A stretch of DNA of 64,000 nt from Strigamia acuminata (Eukaryota), in the NCBI GenBank assembly GCA_949358305.1, contig OX442314.1, positions 30,256,001 through 30,320,000 on the forward strand, given 5' to 3'. A program made the translations under genes and the position numbers. The notes under the pieces are model-generated. The model searched no databases. It saw only the letters and a list, made by a program, of their open reading frames with translations, and had not been told where the DNA came from. Each line of letters starts with the position of its first letter. Position 1 is the first letter of the stretch. Of this stretch, positions 1-11,212 are shown piece after piece.

Positions 1-2175
1 AACGAATTTTTTTGATAGTTCATTTCCAACGTGAATTCGTAAATAACTATATTTGATTTGTTTGAATGTTTTCTCCTGCATTATCGTTTTGAGTGGCAAT
101 CCTAAATTTGTCCTGTGGGTTACCAAAGCACACGATTCGATGTGCGGTGATGCAGCAAAACTTAAGCATTCATTTAATGTCCCATGAAATGGACTTGGGT
201 TTGAAAAGATTTCTTGCAAATTAGGCGATGCACACGTGTACAATATTAACTTTTCACTATAATTTTTTCGCACGGTTATTTCCAAGCGCGTTGTGAAATT
301 TTCAGAGAATAATTCTGAAGGAATTTGTCCATCAGTTGCGAGTTGTTTAATTTTTCCACTATCGCATCCATATTTTAATAAATTCCTACTTGCGGGTAAA
401 TTACCGTTTAGTACGGAATAAAGGCGTTGTAAATCAATGTGGGAAGGAATAAAATTATCCAGATATTTGCTGTTTGAGATATTAATTGTGGAACAATCTG
501 CAATTAGTTGCACAGTTAGATCATTGTCTAAACAGAACCAAACACTGAATGGCTCTATTTTGGTGAGCAGAAGATCCAAGTCTTTGCCTAGTAAACTTGC
601 TGTAAACGGCAATATTAGAGATGTTCGTCCGCTTTTCCGGAAATGATTTACAATGGATTCTAAACTGCCTTTGATGAGTGCAGATTCGTTGGATTTCAAG
701 TGAATGGAAAGAACAAAGGCAGCCGCAAATTCCATGATTGACAAGTGGAATGCTTCGTAATGAAGTTTCGATGCGAAAAAAGTCACTTGTTTGTGGTTGA
801 TTAACAGTCCGAGTTGATAAATCTCATGTGTTAGGTCATTTGGATCAAACGTCAAATCACTTTGGAGTATTTTTTCGACGCATAATTCCCCAAATTGTTT
901 CATTTGTTCCCGAATTCTGTCCGGTGATGAACTGGAATTAAATAGGTCGAACTCACTGTCGGTATTTAGAATCCCACGTTTCACACAAGTGTGTCTGAGA
1001 ATGGAACTAAATAGCTTCTTGTATAGGTCGGTTTTGGACGAGAAATGTCCAAAATCTTTGTCGTTTTCCATGATTATTGGTAACATCATTAGGTATAAAG
1101 GGGAATTAAACAACTCCAGCTGCGAGGACAAACGTTCGATTATATCATTGACATTTTGTTCGGGGAAGAATTTTTTCAAAAATTCCCTTTTGGCAGTGAT
1201 GCTCTGAATCCCCAAAATGCTGACTCGCTTGTCCCAGAACTCGCGACTGTTGTACATTTCTCCGAACAATTCATCACGTTCTTCTTTGGTTAACTTGAAT
1301 AAGCCCGTTCTACACAATGTAAGTACTGTTGAATCACTGTATCTTTGTTTGTATAACACTTTCACTGTTTCGCTCCGGTCCTCCAATGGCAATTCGTCTA
1401 AACCGTCCAATACGAATAGAATTTCTTTCTCATGTCTGGTCAATATTTGCTTCATATTGATCTGTTCTTGTTGTCGATAACCACATCGTTCTCCAACTTT
1501 GATAATTGCATTCTCGATAGTTCGTTGTTGTAGTTCTCGTAATGGTATGAAGAATACCAATTTGAAGTCGATGTATTCTTTATTCGTTGCCCAATCGAAG
1601 GCCAGTTTCGTCGCGAGTGTCGTTTTACCAAAACCGGGCTGTCCTTCAATGAGTATCCTACGTGGTTTTGCCTTGTAAATCGGGTGGAATATCTCTTGGA
1701 TTTCTATGGACCTTTCCGAGTGGCTGAGTTGGAGTTGGACATAATGAACCTCTAACGATAATTCGGAGCTTTCGTCTATCCACGCAACTTTTGGTAATTT
1801 TAACTCCGTGTAAAATGCTTGGAGTTTAGCTTTGAGAACCTCACATTGTTTATTGCCTTCACTATCGAAGGTTGTGCAGCAATTTTTGATTTCCTCGTTC
1901 GGTGCACTGGTGGCTGTTGTAAAGAGAATTATGTTTTTGTCTTAGATATGAGTTTGATTAAGAAAATGATGATACTAACCTCCGGCAACTGGTTGAAAGT
2001 AGTTATATATTGTAGGTTGTTTGTATACGTGTGGTTGGGCCGTAATCGTGTTTTTTGAATCTGCAATTGTTAATTGCACATTTCCACTGTTGCTGTTGCT
2101 GCTACTACTGCCATCACATTTACCACAACATGTATTCGGCCGGTTCCCCATGAGCGTAGAATTAAAAACAGGTAT
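1..2175 (-). CDS. NACHT-domain (NLR-like STAND NTPase) protein, partial; runs off the left edge of the window
   Basis: Manual translation of the minus strand gives a long open exon (~1913 to <1, absent from the ORF track because no stop is reached). It contains Walker A RILIEGQPGFGKTTLATKLAFDW, Walker B ILFVLDGLDEL, an SPLYL motif and a FHLSIMEFAAA winged-helix motif. A probable upstream exon lies at 1981-2175 (GT-AG intron ~1914-1980). The true start codon was not located. Confidence 0.85.
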
Positions 2176-3699
2176 CTGTAAAATATATTTAATGGATTCT
2201 TAGTGCAGACTTCTGGTTCGAACATCGATATTCATAATTTAAAATAAATTAAAATAATTAAAGTTGGTTACTATTTACTTTTAATTGAGTTAAAATTGAT
2301 TTTTTTTTTTACTGTTTTATAAAATGTTCATAAATCGAGCTTAATCTCTCTCTTGTTTTCCAGTTTACTGATAATGAACTGATTTTTTTAATTTATCAGA
2401 CTTGATTAGAAAAGCATTTGTTGCACTTCAAAATGTTAAAATGGTTTTTGTATGAAATTTTTTCTTTTTTTTCTTTTAATAAAAAAGGAATATAATTTTG
2501 ACTCTTACGTAGATTACGTAGAATCAAATTGATAAATTTCTAATCCAAATTTTTTATTCCAAAACTATTGAGGTGCAGGGTGCTGGCAATTTCCTCGATT
2601 ATATAACCCTTTACAACAATTGAATTATTTCATTAGGTACGTTCAAAGTTTCGGTTTATGCCGTTTATAAAACGGCCAAAATACTACGCTAAATAAATGT
2701 GAAAAGACTGAATACCCATTAAGTTTATTAATGGCACTGACTTGTGAGTGGGAAGCTAAGGGTTTTTGTCAAAACACAAAATAGTAGAAATGACAGTAGT
2801 GGTGCTAAACCTTTGGCCACCACTGTAGTTTGTCATGTCTAGAGAGAGTTTACTGCTATATAATAAAATCTTGAGATAAATTAGTGTGAGTAATGTTACT
2901 TACAATTGGGGAAAAATGAATTTTGTACTACATACACGCGAAATCGTCTAGATCTCTCTTTTTGAGGTCACAATGGCGAGGAGTATGTTCAGTATTCTGA
3001 TCTTATCAACCGAAATGTATTTTGTGACGCAAAAAGTATTATTATTAGATAAGATAATATTTCTAGTGAGAACTGGAAGCGGTAGGATGTGAATGCATCA
3101 CCCAGTCATGAGTTTAATGATAAATTATAAGACTTTGAATATGATTTTCAAAGTTATTTTATTTCTACATCAGACAAAAAATTTTAAGATGAGCATTTTG
3201 TCGAGCTGTATTGACAAATGAGATGCTCTGGTGGTTTCATGCGGAAACTATACAGTATGTGAACTATAGTGCTAAAAATGCGATTATTTTAGTTTATTTT
3301 ATTTTATTTTATTTATTTTATTTTGTTTTAAATAAAGACTTTGAACTCAGTGAAGTAGTAGCTTCTTGGATAATGGACTTGTGTGGGAAAGCCGTTATTG
3401 TACCACAGACCGAAATACTACTAGACTGCGCACTGCTAATGGCGCTCAGCTTGTGAGAAGAGGAGAAGGCATTGCTGGATTGAAGTGACATTATGGTAAT
3501 ACATACATTACAAAGTGTGAGTACAATGCAGTAATATGAGAACCAAAGCAGCTAATTTCAGTCTAGAGTTTAGGAAATGTTTTTGTTCACAATTTCAATC
3601 CTAAAATATAAATTGGAGTACAACATCACACAAAATATTTTCCTGGGGTGCAGATAATAGCTAATTCTAGTATGTCATGCTAAAAACTGTGTTCTATTA

Positions 3700-3897
3700 G
3701 AGATTTTTCCTGTTCTGAGGCAGATTTTTCCTGTTCTGAGGCAGATTTTTCCTGTTCTAAGGCAGATTTTTCCTGTTCTGAGGCAGATTTTTCCTGTTCT
3801 GAGGCAGATTTTTCCTGTTCTGAGGCAGATTTTTCCTGTTCTGAGGCAGATTTTTCCTGTTCTGAGGCAGATTTTTCCTGTTCTGAGGCAGATTTTT
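3700..3897. repeat. 21-bp minisatellite (GAGGCAGATTTTTCCTGTTCT), ~9-10 copies
   Basis: Direct tandem copies are visible; they produce the spurious KICLRTG-repeat ORF. Confidence 0.95.
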
Positions 3898-3949
3898 ACC
3901 ACAATTGTGGTGTTCTGTGTACGGTTCTCACATTAATTCTGTGTAATGT

Positions 3950-4177
3950 GAAAAGCACTCACATTATGCATGTGTAACGTTGAAAGTCCTCACATTATGT
4001 TTGTGTAACATTAAAAGTCCTCACATTATGTTTGTGTAACATTAAAAGTCCTCACATTATGTTTGTGTAACATTAAAAGTCCTCACATTATGTTTGTGTA
4101 ACATTAAAAGTCCTCACATTATGTTTGTGTAACATTAAAAGTCCTCACATTATGTTTGTGTAACATTAAAAGTCCTC
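3950..4177. repeat. 31-bp minisatellite (AAAAGTCCTCACATTATGTTTGTGTAACATT), ~7 copies
   Basis: Direct tandem copies with 31-bp periodicity. Confidence 0.93.
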
Positions 4178-5296
4178 GCCTTATACCAGTGTATCAATTT
4201 ATGTTTTCACATAGTTGCTGTGTATTATTGCTGGTTCGTATTTAGCTGGCAAATCTTCGTTTGGTTCTCACATTATATGGTCTTCTTCTGGACAAAAAAT
4301 CACAAATTTCTCTAATAATTTTGTGACAGTTTGATTTGATTTAATATGCTGATCAAATCCCTCTAAGCATTTTTTAATTGATACATTAGAACTTGTGGTT
4401 CTCATAATGTATGTCCTCTGATAGGGTTCTCATAAGCTAGTGGAAACAAGTATGGGTGGGTTTGGTTTAGTTAGCTGTAATGAGTGCTTTTAAAAGCTCC
4501 CTTGGCCGAGTAAAGCTTCATTTTATTTTATTTCAATTTTTTTTTTTTACATGAAAGCTAGTTCTTAAAACTTTATTTTACAGCTATAGTGTACTGTAAT
4601 TGTCTCGGTACTTTATTTTTTGCCATAAACATCGTAGTTAAGTGCGCATTCACAGTTCATCTTCAACTACCGGTACCTGTTGCAGGCCGTTAGGCCCGTT
4701 CTTCATTCCATAAGTTTTTCCTTGTAAAACCCAAACAAACCAACTCAAAAACAAAACCAAAACCAAAAACCACAAACGTTATACAAAAAACGTTCCCCAA
4801 CACCACCTCCAAATTTCCATATGTTTATCTAACTTTTAATTGCTTTCCTATTTATTTTTTTAAAACTGGATGTTTATTGAAAGTGATAAGGGGTATATGT
4901 TCCCAACATGTATTGTAATGTACAACAAACGTTACATACAATGATAACGTATTATGATAGCAGATTTGCGGAGCTGGCAGAATTAATTTGCTCCGCTAAA
5001 TGTAATCATCTTGAACGTTTGAAATTGCTCGTTTTCAAATTATAAAATTTAATTCAGAACATACAAAAACGTGAAAGTGAAAGAAATTTTTACATTTCAT
5101 TTACAATGCAAGAACGTGTTTTAAAATTGAAAATGAACCGAGAAAATAATATAGAATTCTACTTGTCAAGAATTCAAAGTAATAAGTATGTTACTTTAAA
5201 AAGTGAAATGCACAAAAAAAACAAAAAATTGGCGTTTGAATTTAAGAATTATAAACAGAATGAACGAAACGAAAGTTTTTAAATTTCTATTCCTTC

Positions 5297-6079
5297 TTAA
5301 AATGCTTTTTCTCCTGTATGGGTTAAAAAATGTTTTCTTACATCCCCATTTCGATTACTAAAATAATCACACAATTGGCACTTGAATGGTTTTTCTCCTG
5401 TGTGGGTTAATAAATGACTCTTTAAATTTCCTCTTACACTGCAGGAATAATTACACAAATGGCACTTGAATGGTTTTTCTCCTGTATGGGTCAATAGATG
5501 TCTTCTTAAAGTCCTACTTTGAACACTGGAATAATCACACAAATGGCACTTGAATGGTTTATTTCCAGTGTGGGTTAAAAGATGTGTTTTTAAGGTCCCA
5601 TTTTGAGCCGAACAATAATCACACAAATGGCACTTGAATGGTTTTTCTCCTGTGTGGGTTAATAAGTGACTGTTTAAATGCCCACTTTGATTGCAAGAAT
5701 AATCACACAAATGGCACTTGAATGGTCTTTCTCTAGTATGGGTTAATAAATGTGTTTTTAAGGTCCCATTTTGAGTGCAAGAATAATCACACAAATGGCA
5801 CTTGAATGGTTTTTCTCCTGTGTGGGTTAGTAGATGTCTTCTTAAATGCCCACTATGAACCGCACAATAATCACACAAATGGCACTTGAATGATTTTTCT
5901 CCAGTGTGAATTCGCATGTGGACAGTCATGCAAAATTTAAGTCGAAATGAAAGTGAACACATTTGACATTTGAAAGGCTTTTCACCAGTGTGTTTAAGCA
6001 TGTGCTGTTGCAATAAGTACACGTATGAACACGAATAATCACACAGATTACAATTGTAATCCTCACGTGTTCTCTTCAT
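5297..6079 (-). CDS. Tandem C2H2 zinc-finger protein (ZF-A), 9 fingers, 260 aa, no effector domain
   Basis: Nine CxxC-x12-HxxxH units with TGEKPF linkers. The ATG of MKRTRED at 6079 is chosen by comparison with the paralogs. A splice acceptor (TTCATTTCAG) at ~6131 indicates a 5'UTR intron. Confidence 0.9.
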   Translation of the reverse strand: MKRTREDYNCNLCDYSCSYVYLLQQHMLKHTGEKPFKCQMCSLSFRLKFCMTVHMRIHTGEKSFKCHLCDYCAVHSGHLRRHLLTHTGEKPFKCHLCDYSCTQNGTLKTHLLTHTRERPFKCHLCDYSCNQSGHLNSHLLTHTGEKPFKCHLCDYCSAQNGTLKTHLLTHTGNKPFKCHLCDYSSVQSRTLRRHLLTHTGEKPFKCHLCNYSCSVRGNLKSHLLTHTGEKPFKCQLCDYFSNRNGDVRKHFLTHTGEKAF

Positions 6080-7081
6080 TTTGTTTACTTCAACGACAAT
6101 GAAATGAAATGACAATGAAATGAACGTAGTCTGAAATGAAAAAAATAAGAATAAAATAATAATAATTAAGTTCGAAAACGATTAACTTAATTAGACACAC
6201 TTTAAAAAATATTGGTTTGTACAAACTCTGAACAGAAAAAACGCCGTATGGAAAGGTGGGAAGGTCGGGGCATCGCCGCTAATGGTTCGAATTCAGTTCG
6301 GCGAGTTAGGCCTAACGTTCGATGCACGATTGTGCCGAACTTTATAAACCGAGAAAAAAATCTCGTAACACCCAAAAGAATGTGATTTATCTATTCTCCT
6401 ATCTTTACCTTAATCTGCTTACACTTTGGAACCTTTCAAACGTCATAAACATGCATTTAATCGAGGATGTATGAAAAAGTGCGATATAACAAAACACAAT
6501 AAGAAAGATCAAACGAAGGTTGCCGTAGAAACTATAAGTGCATAATAGCGCCGACTAGTGACATTATTAGAACTAAACACAATACAACAAAGACACAAAC
6601 ACTACAAATTGAATGCACATTGCAAATGGTTTAAATTAATTGAAAAAATATAAAACCAAACCTAAAATAAGTCAGTTTTCAATCAATTTTTATTTCATGA
6701 ATCAAATGTCATTTATTTTCACGTTTGTTTATTCGTGAAACGAAATTGAAATTTCTAGTTTTAGAACGAGCAATTATATCGAAGCATTGCAGTGAAGCGA
6801 GGATTATTTTTATTAGCATTGAAATAAAATTTCAAAGCTTAAATTAAAGCTTGTAAAACGAGCAATTTCCAACGTTTAAGCTAAACCATTTAAGCGGATT
6901 AAAAAGAATTACCACGGAAGGAACGGTTGCTAGATAACATTTGCACACTCGTTTTTTTGCCTCCACACATTTTAGATCATAGGCGGGTCCACCAAACAGG
7001 TACCCGACCTAGAGAGACTTCGCTGTATATTCGAATTTCTAATTATTCAACTATCATGTGTGATGACACGTTTATAAGTAC

Positions 7082-8040
7082 TGTGGTGATCTCAAAATAT
7101 TCACCAACTTAGAAGATTAAATTAATTATCTTCTAATTAATTTGACTGTGGCACACGCCAAGTCAGATCATGTGACCGAGGGGAGAAATCCTCTCTAGGC
7201 ACATATCACCCCAGGTTGTCCGGGGTGAAAACGGTTATTAGCCGTTATGGTGCAATATGGTGTAATAACCACTAGTTGCACCCATTTGAGCTAAGTGCGC
7301 AGGTTTTCTGCGCAATATTGAAGCGTGCTGGGCTCGCGTCTTGGCTCAAATCGGGACTCTGAAAAATACAACAACAACCTCAACATCACTGCGATATCTG
7401 CTCCGACAATACGTATTGATAGAGGACCGTTGTAACTCAGTTTCACCTGCTATCTTTGTGCCACCCAAAGCACAAAGCCAGCAATTCTGCTTGAATTAGC
7501 CGTAGCTAATTCCAGCAAACGAGAAGAAGAAGTTTCCCGACGATCGTGAACCATCGCCGTCGCTGCCGCGCGAACGACAGCCACCGCCATCGTACGAGAG
7601 CCGGACGCCTACAGCCGTCAACCACCGCCGCCGAGCCGTCGCACGAGCCGTAGAAGGAGCCCACGAGAACCATCGTCTTCGACCATCGTTCGTGAGTTCA
7701 GCAAACGAAGACAATTCGCCTTCGCCTAACAACTGTGTGTTGTTTAAGCGCCATTTTAGCGCTTTGTAGCTTGCAACAGTCGTTGCAAGCCCTTCCATTG
7801 TTCCCGCTCATTTCATTTCGCGACTTGTCGCCATTGTGATATTTTTAACTAGTCATTGTAATTTAAACGAATAAATACATATTTGTGATTTTTATTAATA
7901 AAACTGTCTTTTTATTTCTTTTCCTTAAACTTAACCCCTAGATAATTTAAGGCCGCCGATTGTAAGTCTTTTATAGCATTCACCTGCGGTTTCTGCTTAA
8001 TTTATTAGAAATTAAGTGGATAAAAACCCGGATCGCAGCA
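7082..8040 (+). repeat. 5' LTR (959 bp)
   Basis: Starts TGTGGTGATC and ends GATCGCAGCA; repeated at 18460-19418; AATAAA signals at ~7870 and ~7897. Confidence 0.97.
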
Positions 8041-8042
8041 CG

Positions 8043-8060
8043 TGGGGGCCTGTCCGGGAT
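8043..8060 (+). promoter_or_regulatory. Primer-binding site, tRNA-Pro-like
   Basis: TGGGGGCCTGTCCGGGAT lies 2 nt after the LTR; it matches the canonical Pro PBS TGGGGGCTCGTCCGGGAT at 16/18 positions. Confidence 0.8.
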
Positions 8061-8154
8061 AGTCATTGTATAAATTTTGATAGTTTAAAATTTACCCGCC
8101 ATTTTTATCTTGCTTATCTTTCTTCTCTATCCTTTCTTTGTCTTCATTTGAAAA

Positions 8155-11100
8155 ATGGCGACTCCAGGCGAAAAGAGACCGAGAGGCAGACCAGCGAAGA
8201 GACGAGTGGCGATCGATCTACCAGCCGTGGATCAAGAAGTGACTGAGTCACAAGAACTGTTTGAAACTATGGATCAAACAGCTAACTGTAACTCGGCACA
8301 GTTAATCGTGAATGAATTCACGCAAGCGTTGGAGCGACAACAGCCATCCCCGCCAAGCGGCCAGTTGGACTTAAATAATCCAACTGGAAGTGGCCGTTCC
8401 AAGTCGCAAAATGATGATTTGAATTTACGAATTCAATCATCAAGTGCAGAGCACTCGCTGAATTCATCACCAGTCCAAGGTGCAGCACAGCAAGATTTAG
8501 AGAACTCCAACATGGAAGTTTCTCATTCTCCAGTGCGTGTTACCATGATGGACGCACTCCGTGAGCAAGCTAGGCTCGAGGGAGTAAAAGTCACTAGCGA
8601 AATGACTGTGGAACAAATCCACAAAGCTATGGTTCGCAAACAAAGTCAAAAAGACGTTGAAATCGTCAGAACAAGCTTGCAAGCAGAGTTCGAGCGAATG
8701 CGTGCAGAAATGCATCAGCAAAATGCCGAACTAAAACAACAACGTGCGAATGACCATGTTAAGTTGTTACAATTAGAGCAGGAAAAAGCTTCCTGGCTAA
8801 TTACTGACGAAGAGCAACAACAAAGGCTCGAGCAACTAAATCAAGCCCAAAAAGATTTAGAAATTGCTAATGAAAATTTGAGATTGGCCAACGCAAATTT
8901 GCGAGAAGCCAACACAAATTTAATGACTGCCGAACTAACCGCCCCAGTTCGAGCGAGGGAAGTAATTCCCTCCACTTCTCGAAATTACGAGAATCATGCT
9001 GCAGAGCAAGCAGCAAGAGCTAAGAGATTAGCACAACGAGAAAACGAAGTATTTCTCGCTCGACAGCAGTCTGTAATTGATGCTGGTCAAGCCGCCAAAA
9101 GTCAAAGTACTGCAGAGCAGTTATTACGTGCCGACTTAGCTGCGCAAGCTCGTGAAAACGAAATTCTTCGCGCAGACCTGTTGACGGTACAAGAGAACTT
9201 TGCAGTAGTCGTACAAAAAGTACAAGACGTTTGCGGCGAAGATAATTTTGCAAAGCCAGCCCCAGTTTTGCAAAAAGGTGCTTCCAAATCACCTGAGTTG
9301 ATTGATTTAACATCAGCTAAACCAAAAGTCAGTCGACAATCAAGTTGGACTGACAGCGATGACTCACGCAGTAGTCGTGGAAGCCGTAATAGTCATCACA
9401 GTCGCAAAAAGAGAAAGCGACAACCAGACCCGACCGAATATCATTCCCCAAAAGTTCCGCAAAATTCGGATAGATTCTTTAGCAATAGTGACCAATTAAT
9501 TGGATTGCTGGCGAAAAAGAATAAAGAACGTGAGAAACCACACGATCGTGGACGGTCACACGATAATCCGCGAGAAGGCTCACCAAAACGAGATTGTCAC
9601 AACGACATCCGTGATGGGCCGAGATACCGTGGAAATCCGCCAGGTGGTGACCCACCAGGTGGAGACAGTTCAGATGGACATGGAGGTGGCCACTCACGTG
9701 ACCACAATTCGAATGGCAATCAAAATGGAAGGGGACCACCAAATGGAGACCGTCGTCCGCCAGATGGCGACGATCCTCCGGACCCTGATCCGCCGCCAAA
9801 TCCGAATCATGAATCTGCGTCAGATACAGATTCCTCACGTCCCAGTGTGAGAGGGCGATCTCGTCACAGAACACGTAGTAGAACTCAAAGACCCGATTTT
9901 TACACGAAAGATGAGATTGACCAGTTGTTGAGGCAAAATGCTCAACAACAGCGAAAAAGCAGAAGGGATAAAATTATTTTGCAAAAAATAAGTGAATTTA
10001 CTTCTGATAAATGGACTCATCAAACAACAGATGAAAAGTTCATTAGATGGGATCGAGTTATCCCACATGCCTATAATGGAAATTGGCAAGCAGGGTCAAA
10101 CCTCTTGCTGGAAATATTCGAACTAGGCAAAGTTCACAGTTTTAGCTGTGAAGGTGCATTGGCCCATCTAGTACCAAGAATACTAGTTGGCGGTGTCAAG
10201 GAGTGGTTTCGCAGGAAAGACTTCACGAAGTGGGATGACTTCGTTAAACAATTTATGTTTAAATTTGGTGAATCGAGCGAAGACATCAAGACGCTCTGGA
10301 GATGTCTTAAGCAACGAAAAGGCGAAAGCTTACATTCGTACATGCTAAGAGCAGAGAATCTGCTTGGCAGAATGCCACATGCTGTTACTGATGCAACAGC
10401 AGATGATCAGTTTAGAGCTGGCCTCACAGAATATAGTAAAAATATTCTGATGATGTCGGACGCTCCCGACCCGGGGAAATTCTCCGAGTTAAACGAGTTC
10501 ATGGAAGTCAATCAATTGCGCATTGACGAAAAGTACAAAGCTTATCTTACAGAAGCCGAAAGGTCAGCGTACTTAAAGCGAGAGAAAAGACTCGCTGAGC
10601 AAAACAATGAAACCTTTAATGGTTTGAAATTGTTGCAGCCACCTAGTTACGAAGACTTTCTAGACGAAGTGGATGAGAAGAGTTCGAAAAAAGAATCTTC
10701 CAAAAAGGACGTCAAAAATCCTCATTCAGTCCCTAAGTTACACGCAAATATAACTGGAGCTGAAACTCCGTCGTCTGAAGCTGAAGAAGCTGAAGAGGAG
10801 GAGGAAACAGGAGACGAGACGATGGCTTTATTGGCCAAAGCAGCGGCGTTGTTAGCAAAAAATAACCCCGTTGCGGGCAAATGGAAGCCAAGGATGAAAC
10901 CAAAAAATGTTTCATTTGACGCATCAAAGGTGAATACCGAAAGGAATTCAAAGTCACCTGCGGTGTCGCCAGAGCGCCGGTCTGACGCTCGTTCTCGTTC
11001 TGCCTCGCCAGCAGCAACGAAAAAGAAATCGCCTGCCACTGATCCATGCAATTTATGCAAAAAATTAGGGCATTGGCAAAAAGACTGCCCTTCCTCTAAA

Positions 11101-11178
11101 AAGGACAAACCAGTGTCAACAGCTGAGTTTGAAAAAGCAGTCAAGATCATAACTGACATGTTTCGAAAAAACTTGTAG
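8155..11178 (+). CDS. gag: Gag polyprotein, unusually long (1007 aa)
   Basis: First ORF after the PBS. It has a long coiled-coil-like region, a capsid-type segment (WFRRKDFTKWDDFVKQFMFKF...LKQRKGESLHSY) and a CCHC knuckle CNLCKKLGHWQKDC. Confidence 0.93.
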   Translation: MATPGEKRPRGRPAKRRVAIDLPAVDQEVTESQELFETMDQTANCNSAQLIVNEFTQALERQQPSPPSGQLDLNNPTGSGRSKSQNDDLNLRIQSSSAEHSLNSSPVQGAAQQDLENSNMEVSHSPVRVTMMDALREQARLEGVKVTSEMTVEQIHKAMVRKQSQKDVEIVRTSLQAEFERMRAEMHQQNAELKQQRANDHVKLLQLEQEKASWLITDEEQQQRLEQLNQAQKDLEIANENLRLANANLREANTNLMTAELTAPVRAREVIPSTSRNYENHAAEQAARAKRLAQRENEVFLARQQSVIDAGQAAKSQSTAEQLLRADLAAQARENEILRADLLTVQENFAVVVQKVQDVCGEDNFAKPAPVLQKGASKSPELIDLTSAKPKVSRQSSWTDSDDSRSSRGSRNSHHSRKKRKRQPDPTEYHSPKVPQNSDRFFSNSDQLIGLLAKKNKEREKPHDRGRSHDNPREGSPKRDCHNDIRDGPRYRGNPPGGDPPGGDSSDGHGGGHSRDHNSNGNQNGRGPPNGDRRPPDGDDPPDPDPPPNPNHESASDTDSSRPSVRGRSRHRTRSRTQRPDFYTKDEIDQLLRQNAQQQRKSRRDKIILQKISEFTSDKWTHQTTDEKFIRWDRVIPHAYNGNWQAGSNLLLEIFELGKVHSFSCEGALAHLVPRILVGGVKEWFRRKDFTKWDDFVKQFMFKFGESSEDIKTLWRCLKQRKGESLHSYMLRAENLLGRMPHAVTDATADDQFRAGLTEYSKNILMMSDAPDPGKFSELNEFMEVNQLRIDEKYKAYLTEAERSAYLKREKRLAEQNNETFNGLKLLQPPSYEDFLDEVDEKSSKKESSKKDVKNPHSVPKLHANITGAETPSSEAEEAEEEEETGDETMALLAKAAALLAKNNPVAGKWKPRMKPKNVSFDASKVNTERNSKSPAVSPERRSDARSRSASPAATKKKSPATDPCNLCKKLGHWQKDCPSSKKDKPVSTAEFEKAVKIITDMFRKNL

Positions 11179-11212
11179 ACGCAGATCCATCAGGTCTAGT
11201 GGACGCTGCGTC
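11166..11212 (+). promoter_or_regulatory. Putative -1 programmed ribosomal frameshift signal
   Basis: Slippery heptamer A AAA AAC (11166-11172) in the gag frame. The pol frame is -1 and open from this point. A GACGCAG...CTGCGTC stem starts ~5 nt downstream. Confidence 0.8.

Noticed and set aside
437..2203. Short plus-strand ORFs
   Set aside because: They are antisense shadows of the NACHT coding exons.
3675..4180. CRISPR-like array or KICLRTG repeat protein
   Set aside because: The repeats are directly adjacent with no unique spacers, and the context is eukaryotic; the ORF is a by-product of a 21-bp unit.
4958..5005. Hairpin (TTTGCGGAGC...GCTCCGCTAAA) as a Helitron 3' end carrying the ZF cassette
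   Set aside because: No clear CTRR terminus, and it is not seen at the equivalent position of the other two copies.
7496..7798. 100-aa antisense ORF in both LTRs (also 18874-19176)
   Set aside because: It appears twice only because the LTRs are duplicates; the sequence is GC-rich and low-complexity with no recognisable domain.
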